Origin: an uncultured Acidimicrobiaceae bacterium
GTDB taxonomy: Bacteria > Actinomycetota > Acidimicrobiia > Acidimicrobiales > Bog-793
Length of the DNA: 64,000 bases
Direction: 5' to 3'
Assembly: GCA_963725355.1 (NCBI GenBank)
Contig: CAVRYE010000008.1
Coordinates: 31,785-95,784, forward strand
A model generated the notes under the pieces. It saw only the letters and a list, made by a program, of their open reading frames with translations, was not told where the DNA came from and searched no databases. The translations under genes were made by a program, and so were the position numbers. Each line of letters opens with the position of its first letter. Within the stretch, counting starts at the first letter, position 1. Below, piece after piece: positions 47,640 to 60,161 of this stretch.

Positions 47640-48394
47640 TTGCTCTCCCCCAACTTGTGGACAAAAGCGACGGCACGCTCTTCGATCTCCGCTGCGTCGT
47701 GGTCCAATGTGGCGACGTGGTAGCTCCGCTCGAGCCAGATCCGCTCTACTGGCCCGGCTGCCGAAGCTGCGAGCAGGTCGCCCGACTGAGTAGGCACGAC
47801 GTGGTCGGTCCGGCTCGAAAACAGCAGGACCGGGCAAGTGAGCCTTCCGAGCCCGGCGGCGAGCTCGTCGACGCCTTCGAACATCGAGAGCATCGGCTCG
47901 ATCGGCGAGGCGTCGTAGGAAAGCTCCTTCGGCCGGCTCATGGCGATGTCGGAGCCGATGGCTGGCACGGAGACAACGCCTTCTTCGAGCATGCCCGAGA
48001 GCATGTCCCGAAAGCTGGAGGCGGGAGGATCGACAAGCGGGTTGATCAAGACGATACCGGCGATATCGGGATGCGCCTGGGCGAGCTTGATGGCGAGGGA
48101 GCCACCCATGGACAGCCCAGCCGCGAGGACGGTCTCACAACGCGCGGCTATCTCTTGATAGGCGGCCTCGGCCGCCGACGCCCAGTCCGCCCATCGTGTG
48201 GGCACCATGTCCTCGACGCTCGTACCGTGCCCGGGCAGCAAAGGCAGCTCGACGGCAAAGCCGGCGGCGGCGAACGCGTTCGCGAGCGAACGCATGGACT
48301 GCGGGTTGCCGGTGAAGCCGTGCAGGACGACGACGCCGACCGGGCCACCCGTCGCGGAGAACGGCTCAGCTCCAGCAAGGATCTCAGTTGCCAC
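47636..48394 (-). CDS. Alpha/beta-hydrolase (carboxylesterase / monoacylglycerol-lipase-like)
   Basis: 252 aa. VVLHGFTGNPQSM, nucleophile elbow GLSMGG, C-terminal …SYHVATLD (His). The stop overlaps the gatC start. Confidence 0.75.
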   Translation of the reverse strand: MATEILAGAEPFSATGGPVGVVVLHGFTGNPQSMRSLANAFAAAGFAVELPLLPGHGTSVEDMVPTRWADWASAAEAAYQEIAARCETVLAAGLSMGGSLAIKLAQAHPDIAGIVLINPLVDPPASSFRDMLSGMLEEGVVSVPAIGSDIAMSRPKELSYDASPIEPMLSMFEGVDELAAGLGRLTCPVLLFSSRTDHVVPTQSGDLLAASAAGPVERIWLERSYHVATLDHDAAEIEERAVAFVHKLGESK

Positions 48395-48440
48395 GGTTGC
48401 ATCGTAACCCGGCAGCTCCCGCGGCTAGCCGAGCAAGGTA

Positions 48441-48890
48441 GTGTCCCGTTCCGAGCTGAGCTGGGCGAGCAGAGGAGCTGAGTTGGACAAGTTTCCCTTT
48501 CTGAGCGACGAGTGGACGACCGAGGTCAAGCGGCTGCACGACGAGATCGTCACCGAGCCGGCCGCCACATCGCGAAGTGTGCGCATGAACCTCGTCCTTA
48601 CCGAGTCTCCGATCGGCGACGGCACGATCGAGGGCCACCTCGACACGAGCTCGGGCGATTTCATAGTGGACAGGGGCCACCTTGACTCGCCGGACTTGAC
48701 GGTGACCGTCGACTACGAGACGGCCAAGGCAATCCTCGTAGATGGAGACGCTCAGGCTGCCATGCAGGCTTTCATGTCAGGGCGAATCAAGATCGACGGC
48801 GACGTCGCTCAGCTTCTCGCCCTGCAGAACGCGAGGGTGGACCCCGTCCACCAGGAGCTCGCGAGACGTATCCGCGAGGTCACCGTCTAG
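48441..48890 (+). CDS. SCP2 sterol-carrier-like domain protein
   Basis: 149 aa. …AAMQAFMSGRIKIDGDVAQLLALQ is a typical SCP2 C-terminal motif. Confidence 0.7.
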   Translation: MSRSELSWASRGAELDKFPFLSDEWTTEVKRLHDEIVTEPAATSRSVRMNLVLTESPIGDGTIEGHLDTSSGDFIVDRGHLDSPDLTVTVDYETAKAILVDGDAQAAMQAFMSGRIKIDGDVAQLLALQNARVDPVHQELARRIREVTV

Positions 48891-48901
48891 GACTGGCCTC
48901 C

Positions 48902-49815
48902 TCAGCGGGTCGGGGGCACCGTGGCCGGCACGGCGATGTTGCCGACGATCTTCGGGATCTCCGCGGCCAGCTCGTCGACTGTCCAGCGGCCACCCTTGTC
49001 GATCTGGGCTCCGAGGGTCCAGGGCTGGAAGTGCTGCACCGTTCCGCCTTGGATGAAGAACACCTTGCCCGTGAAAGGGCACGCCTCACTGGCGAGGTAG
49101 CCGACGAGGGGCGAAACATTGGCAGGGTCCCAAGAGTCGAACACGTCTGGGTCAGCTGGCGCCTGGACGATGTCGCAGAGACCCGGAGTCGACTCGGTGA
49201 TGCGCGAGCGGGCAGCGGGCACGATCGTGTTCACGCGGACTCCGTAGCGGGACAGCTCCTGGGCGGCTATGACGGTGAGGGCGGCGATGCCCGCCTTCGC
49301 CGTGCCGTAATTCGACTGTCCCGGGTTGCCGAGAAGCCCGGACGTCGACGAGGTGTTGACGATGGCGGCAGAGACCTTTGCGCCCGACTTCGACTGCTCC
49401 CGCCAATAGGTGGCTGCCCAGCGGGTGGGCACGAAATGGCCGTTCACGTTGGCGTGCACGACCGCGTCCCACTCTTGCTCGGTCATGTTCACGAGGACCC
49501 GGTCGCCGATGATGCCGGCGTTGTTCACGAGGATGTGCAGATCCCCGAAAGCCTCGACCGCGACATCGACTACCCGATGACCACCCTCCCAGTCAGACAC
49601 GTCGTCGGTGTTGGCGATCGCCTCGCCGCCGAGCTGTTTGATCTCGTCCACAACTTTTTGCGCCGAGGTCCGGTCGTCACCCGACCCGGTGACAGAGCAC
49701 CCGAGGTCGTTGACCACGACCTTGGCGCCTTGGCTCGCGAAAAGAGCGTGTGCTCCCGACCGATGCCGCGCCCCGCTCCGGTGACGATCGCAACCCTGCC
49801 GTCGAGTGCACCCAT
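48902..49815 (-). pseudogene. Short-chain dehydrogenase/reductase with apparent frameshift near 49747-49750
   Basis: ATG 49815 (GAAGGAAAGG upstream): MGALDGRVAIVTGAGRGIGREH, in the frame of ORF 49570..49968. It continues ALFASQGAKVVVNDLG…NNAG…YGTAKAG… in the frame of ORF 48902..50182. Confidence 0.75.
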
Positions 49816-50076
49816 GACCGAGCCTTTCCTTCGTCTGTCGACCTCCCGTCCCGCCGCCCGGGACGAGTGGGCCTGTGTGCTGACGCCGCCTGAGCGTGGG
49901 TCCCCCAACCCGCCCGCAGGCACCGCCACGTTGTCTGTGTGCCTGCCATCTTCGCAGCGCACCGCCACGTTGGCAGCACGGGCTATCGGAGGTCAAGGCG
50001 ACGACGGGGCGGGACGGCTGCAGACAACTATTCGCGGTGCCCGGCGACCTCAGGGCAAATGGGCTCGATCCGCAGC

Positions 50077-52267
50077 TCAGTAGAGGTAGATGTCGACCGT
50101 CGTGCCCCAACGGACCGACTGGCCGGGGCGGGGAAGCGTCGTCAGCACGGTGTTCGCGCCCGTGGGCCCGAACGGCACCCATTTGAGACCAAGGCCGGTG
50201 AGGGTCTGTTCGGCTGTGGCGGCTGAGCTTCCATAGATCTGCGGCACTGTCACATACGGCGGCCCTTGGGAGACGAAGACGAGCACTCTTGAATGGCCGG
50301 GGACAGTCGTTCCCGGCGCGGGCTCGGTGGTCACGACGTACCCGGCGGGAATCGTGGTCGAATAGCGGGGGTTCTCTGCCGCGACAAGGTGCAGATCGAA
50401 CAGGGTCGTCTGAGCCTGGGTCCAGGTGAGCACCCCACCACCGAGATCGACGGGGATGGTCCTGGGCATCGGGCCCTTAGAGACGACGACGTCGACGGCA
50501 TCGCCGTAAAAGACCCTCGCACCGGCCAAAGACCTCCACTTCACAACGACGCCCGTAGGGATCGTCTCGCTGTATTGGAGCGAGTAGTGGGCGACGAGGT
50601 TGGCCTTGGCAAGAGCGCTTCGGGACGCGGCCTCGCTGAGCCCGGTGAGGCTCGGGAGCGTGGTCGGGTGAGGCCCGAGGGAGATCACGACCTTGACGAT
50701 CGAGCCAGCTTTCTCCCGTGTGCCGGCAAGGGGGGACTGGGAGATGACTGCGCCCGCCGCTGCCCTTTGGCTGTAGAGCTCGGCAACGAGCTCCGGATAG
50801 AGCCCGGTGCGGGCAATGGCGGCCCTTGCCGCGATGTTGTCCAGGCCCACGACGGGAGGGACCGTGTCGTGGTGGACGACGGTGAAGGGCGACTTCACGA
50901 TGACGACGCCACCAACGACGAGCTCGACTGCCAAGACGGCGAGAAGCCACGGCAGATAGCGGTGCTTACGCCGCTTTTTCTGCGCCTCTGGCACAGCGAG
51001 CAGCGAGGTCGCAACCCTGCGCAGACCAACATGGGGGCTCTCGGAGAGCGCCGGCACGGCTGAGACGGCGTCAAGGACCGGGGCCGCCGGTTGCATGCCT
51101 GGCACAACCGCGGGTTGTCCCACCTCCGATGTTCCGGCCTCGACAGGCTGTGTTGCCTGGGCGGGCTCTTCGACGCCAGCCCGAAAAGGCCCGATGGCCT
51201 CCGCCTGGTCCACAGGCACCTCTGGACGGGCCGGGGCGGGCTCGACTCCGCTTGTCTCGGGCGGCCCGGGCTCGCTCGGCAAAGGCGCGACGGAGCCAGC
51301 CGCCGGCGGGACGACTGGGCCGGTCGTGTTGGGGACGGGGAATCCGAAGCGCTCGGTGGGGTCCGGGTCGAGGCCTCGCGCTGGCTTCGGCATCGCCACA
51401 TGAGCCCTCACGAGGGGGAGAGGCTCCGGTTCGTCTAGCTCGAGCAACAAGAGCTCGAGCTCGTACGCGAGCGCCCCCCGCGTCGAGACGGGCCAGCGGC
51501 TCCGAGATTGCCGCCTGGGCCAGCACCGGAGCGAGAGGTCCGAGCTCGCGGGCGGGCGGGAGCACAGCGCCCACACGTCCCAACAAGGTGGCGACGGTGG
51601 TCTCCCCGGCAAAGGGAACCCGCCCCGTCACCGCCTCGTACAAGCTGAGAGCGAGCGAGTAGACATCGGTCCGGTCGTCGACGGGGTGGCCCTCGACCTG
51701 TTCGGGCGAGGCGTAGCGGGCCGTCCCCATCACGGTGCCCAAAGGCTCTGTGATCGCCGCCTCGGCAAGGGCCCGGGCCAGGCCGAAGTCAGCGACAAGG
51801 AGACGCCCGTCGTCGTCGAAGAGGAGGTTCGCCGGCTTTATGTCCCTGTGGACAAGACCGCGCCGGTGGGCGTAGGCGAGTCCATTGGCGGCCTCCGCCC
51901 CGACCGCAGCGGCCTGCTGGGGGCTCAGGAGGTAGCCCGTGTCCAGCAGCGAACGCAAGCTCCCCCCTCCGAGGTACTCGAGCACGAGATACGGGACGCC
52001 GTCCTCGTCGCCCCAGTCGTAGACGTGGAGCACGTTGCGGTGATTGAGCGAGGCGGCGAGGCGGGCCTCTGCCTGGAACTTGCGCAGGAAGGTGGTGTCG
52101 CCGGCGAGGGCGGGGTGGAGCAGCTTGACAGCGACGCGCCGGTCCAGCCGAGTGTCATCGGCTGCGAAGACCTGGGCCGAAGCACCGGCGCCGACCACGG
52201 CAAGGAGTCGGTACCGGCCGCCGATGACCCGGCCGACCTGTTCCACGGTGCTCGACATGGGTATCAA
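50077..52267 (-). pseudogene. PknB-like Ser/Thr protein kinase with TM helix and four PASTA domains, split at a C6 homopolymer (51474-51479)
   Basis: Kinase domain in ORF 51071..52267 (VAVKLL, HRDIKPANLL, DFGLAR, ARYASPEQ). The linker, TM helix (YLPWLLAVLAVELVVGGVVIV) and four PASTA repeats are in ORF 50077..51612. The frames meet at …EPLARLDAG|ALAYELEL…. Confidence 0.85.
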
Positions 52268-52323
52268 CCAAAAGGCTAATGGCTGAAGGCGCGAAACCGG
52301 TGGAGGGCTCCCGACCAGGATTC

Positions 52324-54767
<2,444 letters not shown>

Positions 54768-54866
54768 GCCAACCCCCCCTTTTTCTTGCACGCCGAGCGG
54801 CGCGCCGGAGCAGCATTGCAGAAAAGGAGCGCCAGCGTAGGGGTGACAAGTTCTCTCGGGCGAGAA

Positions 54867-55913
54867 CTAACCCGCCGTTGCCGAGCCGACTACCTCGTCG
54901 CCGACATAGAGGGCGATCGTCTGGCCGGGCGCCACGCGGCGATCGGGACCGTCGAGGTAGCTGACTCCTGTCATTTCCAGGCGGGCCGGACGCGCCCGGC
55001 CATGCGCGCTCGCCTGGGCGAGGACAAGGGCGCCGACGGGGAGGCGATCGCCGACCCACGTCTGGGCTGTGAGCTCGATCCGGTCCGTGAGCAGGTCATC
55101 TTCGGGACCGACGACGACGGTGGCCGATTTTGGATCGACCTCGAGGGCGTAGCGCCGGCCCGGGGCAGAGAACCCGAGACCGCGCCTTTGTCCCACGGTT
55201 ACGAGCTCGACAGCAGGCACCGAACCGACGACGGCGCCAGTTGCGCGCTCGACGAGCCGGCCCGGGTGCAGCTCGATCCGTTCAGACAAGAAGCGGTGGC
55301 GGGGGCCCTGGCCCGGGCCGGCTGCGACAAAGCACACCTCCTGGCTGTCGGGCTTGGTGGCCGTGGGCAGCTGAAGGGCCTGGGCGCGGGCTCGCACCTC
55401 GCGCTTTGTCATCTCGCCCACCGGGAGAAGAACCCGGGTCAGCTCGCGAACGGTGAGCATCGACAAGACGTAGGACTGGTCCTTTTCGAGGTCGCGGCCG
55501 CGCAGCAACCGAGGCACGCCAGTGGCCTTGTCTCTGGCGATGCGGGCGTGGTGGCCGGTCGCCACGGCGTCAAAGCCGAGCCTGACCGCCCGATCCAAGA
55601 ACCGCCGGAACTTGAGGTGCCGGTTGCACTCGATGCACGGGTTCGGCGTCCGACCGAGGGCGTGCGCCTCGGCATAGGGCTTTACGACAGCAGCCTCGAA
55701 TTCTTCGGAGAAGTTGAAAACGTGGTGGTCGATGCCGAGCTGGGCGGCCACCTTACGGGCGTCCTCCACGTCGCCGACCGAGCAGCAGCCCGAGTCGCCC
55801 GTACCGCCCCACAGCTTCATGGTGGCGCCCACAACTTCGTGTCCTTCGGCGACGAGCAGAGCCGCCGCGACAGAAGAGTCGACACCCCCCGAGAGCCCCA
55901 CCATCACCCGCAC
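54867..55913 (-). CDS. mnmA: tRNA-specific 2-thiouridylase
   Basis: 348 aa. PP-loop GLSGGVDSSVAA, CCSVGDVEDA, NPCIECNRHLKF. Confidence 0.9.
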   Translation of the reverse strand: MRVMVGLSGGVDSSVAAALLVAEGHEVVGATMKLWGGTGDSGCCSVGDVEDARKVAAQLGIDHHVFNFSEEFEAAVVKPYAEAHALGRTPNPCIECNRHLKFRRFLDRAVRLGFDAVATGHHARIARDKATGVPRLLRGRDLEKDQSYVLSMLTVRELTRVLLPVGEMTKREVRARAQALQLPTATKPDSQEVCFVAAGPGQGPRHRFLSERIELHPGRLVERATGAVVGSVPAVELVTVGQRRGLGFSAPGRRYALEVDPKSATVVVGPEDDLLTDRIELTAQTWVGDRLPVGALVLAQASAHGRARPARLEMTGVSYLDGPDRRVAPGQTIALYVGDEVVGSATAG

Positions 55914-55977
55914 GGCTCAATTGTCGCAGAGCACAGGCGACCGCCGAGCACCGGGCGTGCTTAGAGGTCCGCCAGGC

Positions 55978-57132
55978 TCAAGCGCGCAGCCGCTCGACCG
56001 CCTTGGGAAAGGCGACCAGGGCTGCGTCTATGTCGTCTCGGGTCGTGGCGTGCCCGAGCGAGAGTCGGACGTGGCGACGCGCCTGGGCTCTGCTGAGCCC
56101 CATTGCCAAGAGCACGTGGCTCGGCTCTAGGGCCCCGCTCGCACAGGCCGAACCCGCCGAAGCGCAGACCCCGAGCTCGTCGAGGACAACGAGGAGCTCC
56201 TCAGCCTCGACTCCTTCGACCCCGAGGTTGCAAATGGCATCGATCCGGGCAGCCCGTGGCGCCGCTTCGTGCACACCGGGCACCGCCTCGGTGATGCCTG
56301 CGACGAGATCGCCCGCGAGCTGCGCCATCCGGTGAGTCGTGGCCTCGCGGTCTTTGACAGCGGCTCGGGCGGCGGCCACCATGGCGACGATCCCGGGCAG
56401 GTTCTGGGTGCCGGCCCGCCGCTCACGTTCTTGCGGGCCCCCGTGCATGACGGCTTTGAGCGACGCCCGATCGCGCACGACGAGCGCCCCCACCCCCTTG
56501 GGGCCCCCGAACTTGTGGGCGCTGACACTTATGAGGTCCGCACCGGCGGTGAGCCGCGCCACGTCGAGCCAGGCGAAGGCCTGCACGGCATCGGAGTGCA
56601 CGAGCGCCCTCGGGGACTGTTCGTGCACAAGGGCGACAACGGCTTCGAGCGGCTGACGCACACCCGTCTCGTTGTTGACGAGCATGACCGAGACGATCCC
56701 CACGCTCTCGTCGAGGGCCTCGGCGAGGGCCTCGAGGTCGACCACGCCCAGGTCATCCACCGCGAGCGTGCGCCCTCCTGCTGCCCGGCAGGACTCGAGC
56801 ACCGCCGGGTGCTCGACCGCGCTGCAGAGCACGCCCGCGCCCGCGTCCCGGGCACTGGCCCCGGCGACCACGCCCAAAATGGCGAGGTTGTCGGCTTCGG
56901 TGCCCCCGCTTGTGAAGATCAGCTGCGAAGCGCTCGCCCCGAGCAGGCTCGCCATCTCCTCGCGGGCTTCGTCGAGAGCCCGAAGCGCGGCGCGGGCGAG
57001 GCTGTGCGAGCCGGAAGGGTTGCCATATTCGTCGGCCAAGAACGGGAGCATGGCGGCCACGGCCTCGGCGCACATGGGCGTCGTCGCTGCGTGGTCGAGA
57101 TAGGCGAGCTGGCCGCCAAATCGGCTGGTCAA
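55978..57132 (-). CDS. Cysteine desulfurase (NifS/IscS-like, class V aminotransferase)
   Basis: 384 aa. YLDHAATTP, PLP-lysine region SAHKFGGPKGVG, active-site Cys loop SAGSACASG. Confidence 0.85.
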   Translation of the reverse strand: MTSRFGGQLAYLDHAATTPMCAEAVAAMLPFLADEYGNPSGSHSLARAALRALDEAREEMASLLGASASQLIFTSGGTEADNLAILGVVAGASARDAGAGVLCSAVEHPAVLESCRAAGGRTLAVDDLGVVDLEALAEALDESVGIVSVMLVNNETGVRQPLEAVVALVHEQSPRALVHSDAVQAFAWLDVARLTAGADLISVSAHKFGGPKGVGALVVRDRASLKAVMHGGPQERERRAGTQNLPGIVAMVAAARAAVKDREATTHRMAQLAGDLVAGITEAVPGVHEAAPRAARIDAICNLGVEGVEAEELLVVLDELGVCASAGSACASGALEPSHVLLAMGLSRAQARRHVRLSLGHATTRDDIDAALVAFPKAVERLRA

Positions 57133-57137
57133 TTCGT

Positions 57138-58316
57138 CTAAGCCCCCGCCGGCAGCGAGCAGGCGTCCTCGACGGCCGGCGGCGCCGGGTAGTAGGGGAC
57201 GTTCGCCACACTCGTGATCGTGCTCACTCCACTTCGCTCACCTGCTTGATGCAGGGCCGACGGCGTCGCGGTTGGCCTGCCGGTGGCGAGGTTGAAAAAG
57301 GCCACCGTCGCCCGCTCGACGACAGTTGCTGCCGTGCCCAGGCCGACATAGGGCCCGAGGTGGGTGGCATTGTCGATGAGGAGGAACCACTTCGTCGCGC
57401 CTTGAAGCATGTCGTAGAGCTGAGAGCTGTGCGCCGGGTCGTTGCAGGAGTCGGTCAGGCTCTGGACCACGAGCACGAGAGGGCCGGCTCCGGACGGAGG
57501 GGAGTAGACGTCCTCGGCCCGAAGCATCTCCGACGCCGAGAGCAGCGCGACGGCGACGGGCTTGACCGGCAACGACTGGCGTGTGGCGGCATAGGCGTGG
57601 TCGTACATGAGGGCGGCGACAGTGTTGCCACCGTCGGACTGGCCGGCGAGGACGAGCCGGTCCAGCTCGAGCATGTGGTCGAGGTACCCGAGGCGAGTGA
57701 GCGGCGACCCGGCCGCCACCTTGAGCAGTTGCGAAACGACAAAGGCGACGTCGCCGGGCTGATTGAAAATGTCGCCTTCGGTGTCAGCGCCGTGCTGGGC
57801 GGCTACCGCGGACGTCGAGGTGTCGGGGAAGAACGGGGCCACGACCACGTAGCCCGCTTCGGCCCAGGACACGAGCAGCGCCCGGTAGGTATCGGGGTCG
57901 AGGTCGTAGCCGTGGGCGAAGACGATCACCGGGTAGGGACCGAAGCGGTAGGCGGGGGTCGCAAGCACCTTGACCGCAGGCGCCTTCACGCTCAGGGTCG
58001 GATAGAGGACCTCGACTTCAAGGCTGCGCCCCGGTGTGGTTGTGCCCAGGTAGAAGTTCTCGGTGTAGCCCTGCTTGTCAACCCAGGTGACGAGGCCGAG
58101 GCCGACCCCGAAGCTTTCCGGCCGCTTGTCTGTGACCTGCCCGGGCCGCGGGCTTCTTAGGCGCAGGTCGCCGAGCCTTGCACCGCGGGTCCCCCCGGCC
58201 GCCGCCGAGCAAGAAGCCAGGCTCACCGCGGCGGCGAGCAGGCCGAGGACGGCGAGGATGGCGCCCAGACGCTGACGAGGCGCTGAAGGACGAGCGCTCG
58301 CCGTCGGAGAAGCCAT
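57138..58316 (-). CDS. Lipoprotein alpha/beta-hydrolase (chlorophyllase / PAF-acetylhydrolase-like)
   Basis: ATG 58316. Lipobox-like AVSLASCS, nucleophile elbow LAGQSDGG, VIVFAHGY… The family call is approximate. Confidence 0.6.
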   Translation of the reverse strand: MASPTASARPSAPRQRLGAILAVLGLLAAAVSLASCSAAAGGTRGARLGDLRLRSPRPGQVTDKRPESFGVGLGLVTWVDKQGYTENFYLGTTTPGRSLEVEVLYPTLSVKAPAVKVLATPAYRFGPYPVIVFAHGYDLDPDTYRALLVSWAEAGYVVVAPFFPDTSTSAVAAQHGADTEGDIFNQPGDVAFVVSQLLKVAAGSPLTRLGYLDHMLELDRLVLAGQSDGGNTVAALMYDHAYAATRQSLPVKPVAVALLSASEMLRAEDVYSPPSGAGPLVLVVQSLTDSCNDPAHSSQLYDMLQGATKWFLLIDNATHLGPYVGLGTAATVVERATVAFFNLATGRPTATPSALHQAGERSGVSTITSVANVPYYPAPPAVEDACSLPAGA

Positions 58317-58538
58317 CGTGGGCAAATCTACCGGCGCCGCTGCGTACCACACCGGGCGCCGGTGCCTGGCGTGGCCCTGCAGCCCATCCGAAAAGGGCCT
58401 TCACCTCTTCGGGAGTGGCCTGCAGACCGCAGAGGCGTCTCGCGCCGGCCGAACCGCGATCTGGCCGAGGTCACCGCCTCATCACAAACTGAGGCACTTA
58501 GGTGAGCTCATGACTACTGCGCGCCCGTGTAGCAACGG

Positions 58539-59024
58539 TCATGTCGGTTGCCAGATCATGACGACGACGGCAGCGAGGAAACACAACGAGACACCGAGAG
58601 AGCCGAGCTCCACGGCCCGGCACGCTTTTTTGAAACCGTCGAGCCCGACCGGCTCTTCGTCAAAGGCGGTGGCCTCATGTGCCAGCCAGGCTTGCACCCT
58701 CCGCTCGGCGGGCCAGCACCGGGCACTGGCGATCCCGGCCGCGACGACCCAGCAACCGAGCCCAATCCAAGGCCAGGGCTGCGAAGCGGCCGGGCGGTCC
58801 CCCACCCCGAGCACGAGCCCACCGAGCAGTGGCGTCAACAGCAGGCAACGCTCGGCCCAGTTCGTGCCCGGCTGGAAATAGCGCACGATCCGCTCCTCCC
58901 GGCGGGGCTGGGAGGCCGAACGCGCCCGGCCGGCATAGCTGCCTGTCACCGCGACCGCCCCGAAGCCGATGACGGCGCTCAGCACGTGCGCGACGACGAG
59001 CAAGTCGTAGCCAGGGCCCGTCAT
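58539..59024 (-). CDS. Hypothetical integral membrane protein
   Basis: ATG 59024 (MTGPGYDLLVVAHVLSAVIGFGAVAV…). About four predicted TM helices. No family assigned. Confidence 0.5.
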   Translation of the reverse strand: MTGPGYDLLVVAHVLSAVIGFGAVAVTGSYAGRARSASQPRREERIVRYFQPGTNWAERCLLLTPLLGGLVLGVGDRPAASQPWPWIGLGCWVVAAGIASARCWPAERRVQAWLAHEATAFDEEPVGLDGFKKACRAVELGSLGVSLCFLAAVVVMIWQPT

Positions 59025-59062
59025 CTGGGCCGTCCGCCGATGGACCTTTTCATGGCGGTATT

Positions 59063-60139
59063 GTGAAGACAAATGACAAGGCTCTGTCGGTACTCCGGCC
59101 ATATGAGGTGCCGGGCGTGAACCAGCTGCGCCTCGACCCGCTGTCGGGACGTTGGGTGGCCGTCGCCACCGACCGCGCTCAGCGTCAGTCCCTCTTCGTG
59201 CCCCGCCAGCTCACCTTGGACTCGCTCGAAGGCATTCCGTGCCCGTTCTGCCCGGAGATGGAGGCCATGACGCCCCCGGCGCTCGAGGTCTACGGCAGCT
59301 CCGGCGACTGGCTTGTGCGGGTGGTGCCCAACCGGTACCCCGCTTTCGACGGAGACAGGCCTTTTGTGGTCGAGAACCGAGGGCCGGTGTTCACCGAGGC
59401 CCCGGCGAGCGGCATCCACGAGGTGCTCGTGATCTCGCCCGAGCACGACAAGACGGTTGCCTCCCTTGCCGACGAGCAGATGTCGCTCGTGATGCTCGCC
59501 ATTCGTGACCGGGTGCGCGAGCACCAGAACACCCCCGGCCTTCGCTACAGCCAGATGATCATCAATCATGGGCGCCAGGCTGGAGCCTCGGTCGCCCATC
59601 CCCACGGCCAACTGCTCGGGATCCCGTTCGTGCCGAGGGAGCTCGCAGAAGAGCAGGCCGGTTTCGACCGCTTCGCCGGTGGGTGCCTCGTCTGCGCGGC
59701 GGCCGCCTCCGAGGAGCGGGTCGACTACCGCATGTTGCAGACGACCGACCAGGCCGTGACATTCTGCCCCTACTGGAGCGGGACCCCCTACGAGGTCCTC
59801 GTCGTGCCCCGCGACCACGGGGCGCATCTCCACCGCGCCTCGACCGAGAGCATCGTCGGGGTCGGGCGTGCCGTGCGCAGCGCGCTGCGGGCGATAAGCG
59901 AGTGCCTCGGCGACGTCGCTTACAACGTCGTGTTCCACTCCGCCCCCTACCGCGCGACCGCCGTCTACCACTGGCACGTCCACATCCTGCCCTGCTTGAC
60001 GACTCGGGCGGGCTTCGAGCTCGGAACCGGGGTCATGATCAATGTCGTAGGGCCCGAGAAGGCCGCCGACGACCTCCGCAACGCTCTCGCCCACGTCGAA
60101 CCGGGCCCAAGCGACGGGATGGTCACCGCCGCTTCTTGA
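59063..60139 (+). CDS. galT: Galactose-1-phosphate uridylyltransferase-like (GalT-branch HIT superfamily) nucleotidyltransferase
   Basis: Zn site CPFCPE, RVVPNRYPAF, active-site HPHGQL, second half-domain …FHSAPYR…HWHVHILP. Start GTG 59063, or downstream GTGs at 59108/59117. Confidence 0.75.
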   Translation: MKTNDKALSVLRPYEVPGVNQLRLDPLSGRWVAVATDRAQRQSLFVPRQLTLDSLEGIPCPFCPEMEAMTPPALEVYGSSGDWLVRVVPNRYPAFDGDRPFVVENRGPVFTEAPASGIHEVLVISPEHDKTVASLADEQMSLVMLAIRDRVREHQNTPGLRYSQMIINHGRQAGASVAHPHGQLLGIPFVPRELAEEQAGFDRFAGGCLVCAAAASEERVDYRMLQTTDQAVTFCPYWSGTPYEVLVVPRDHGAHLHRASTESIVGVGRAVRSALRAISECLGDVAYNVVFHSAPYRATAVYHWHVHILPCLTTRAGFELGTGVMINVVGPEKAADDLRNALAHVEPGPSDGMVTAAS

Positions 60140-60161
60140 GCTCGCCGCTCAGTCTGGGTGA

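Noticed and set aside
54786-55964. 392-aa plus-strand ORF
   Set aside because: Antisense shadow of mnmA.
59021-60094. 357-aa minus-strand ORF
   Set aside because: Antisense shadow of the galT-like gene, which has clear catalytic motifs (CPFCPE, HPHGQL).
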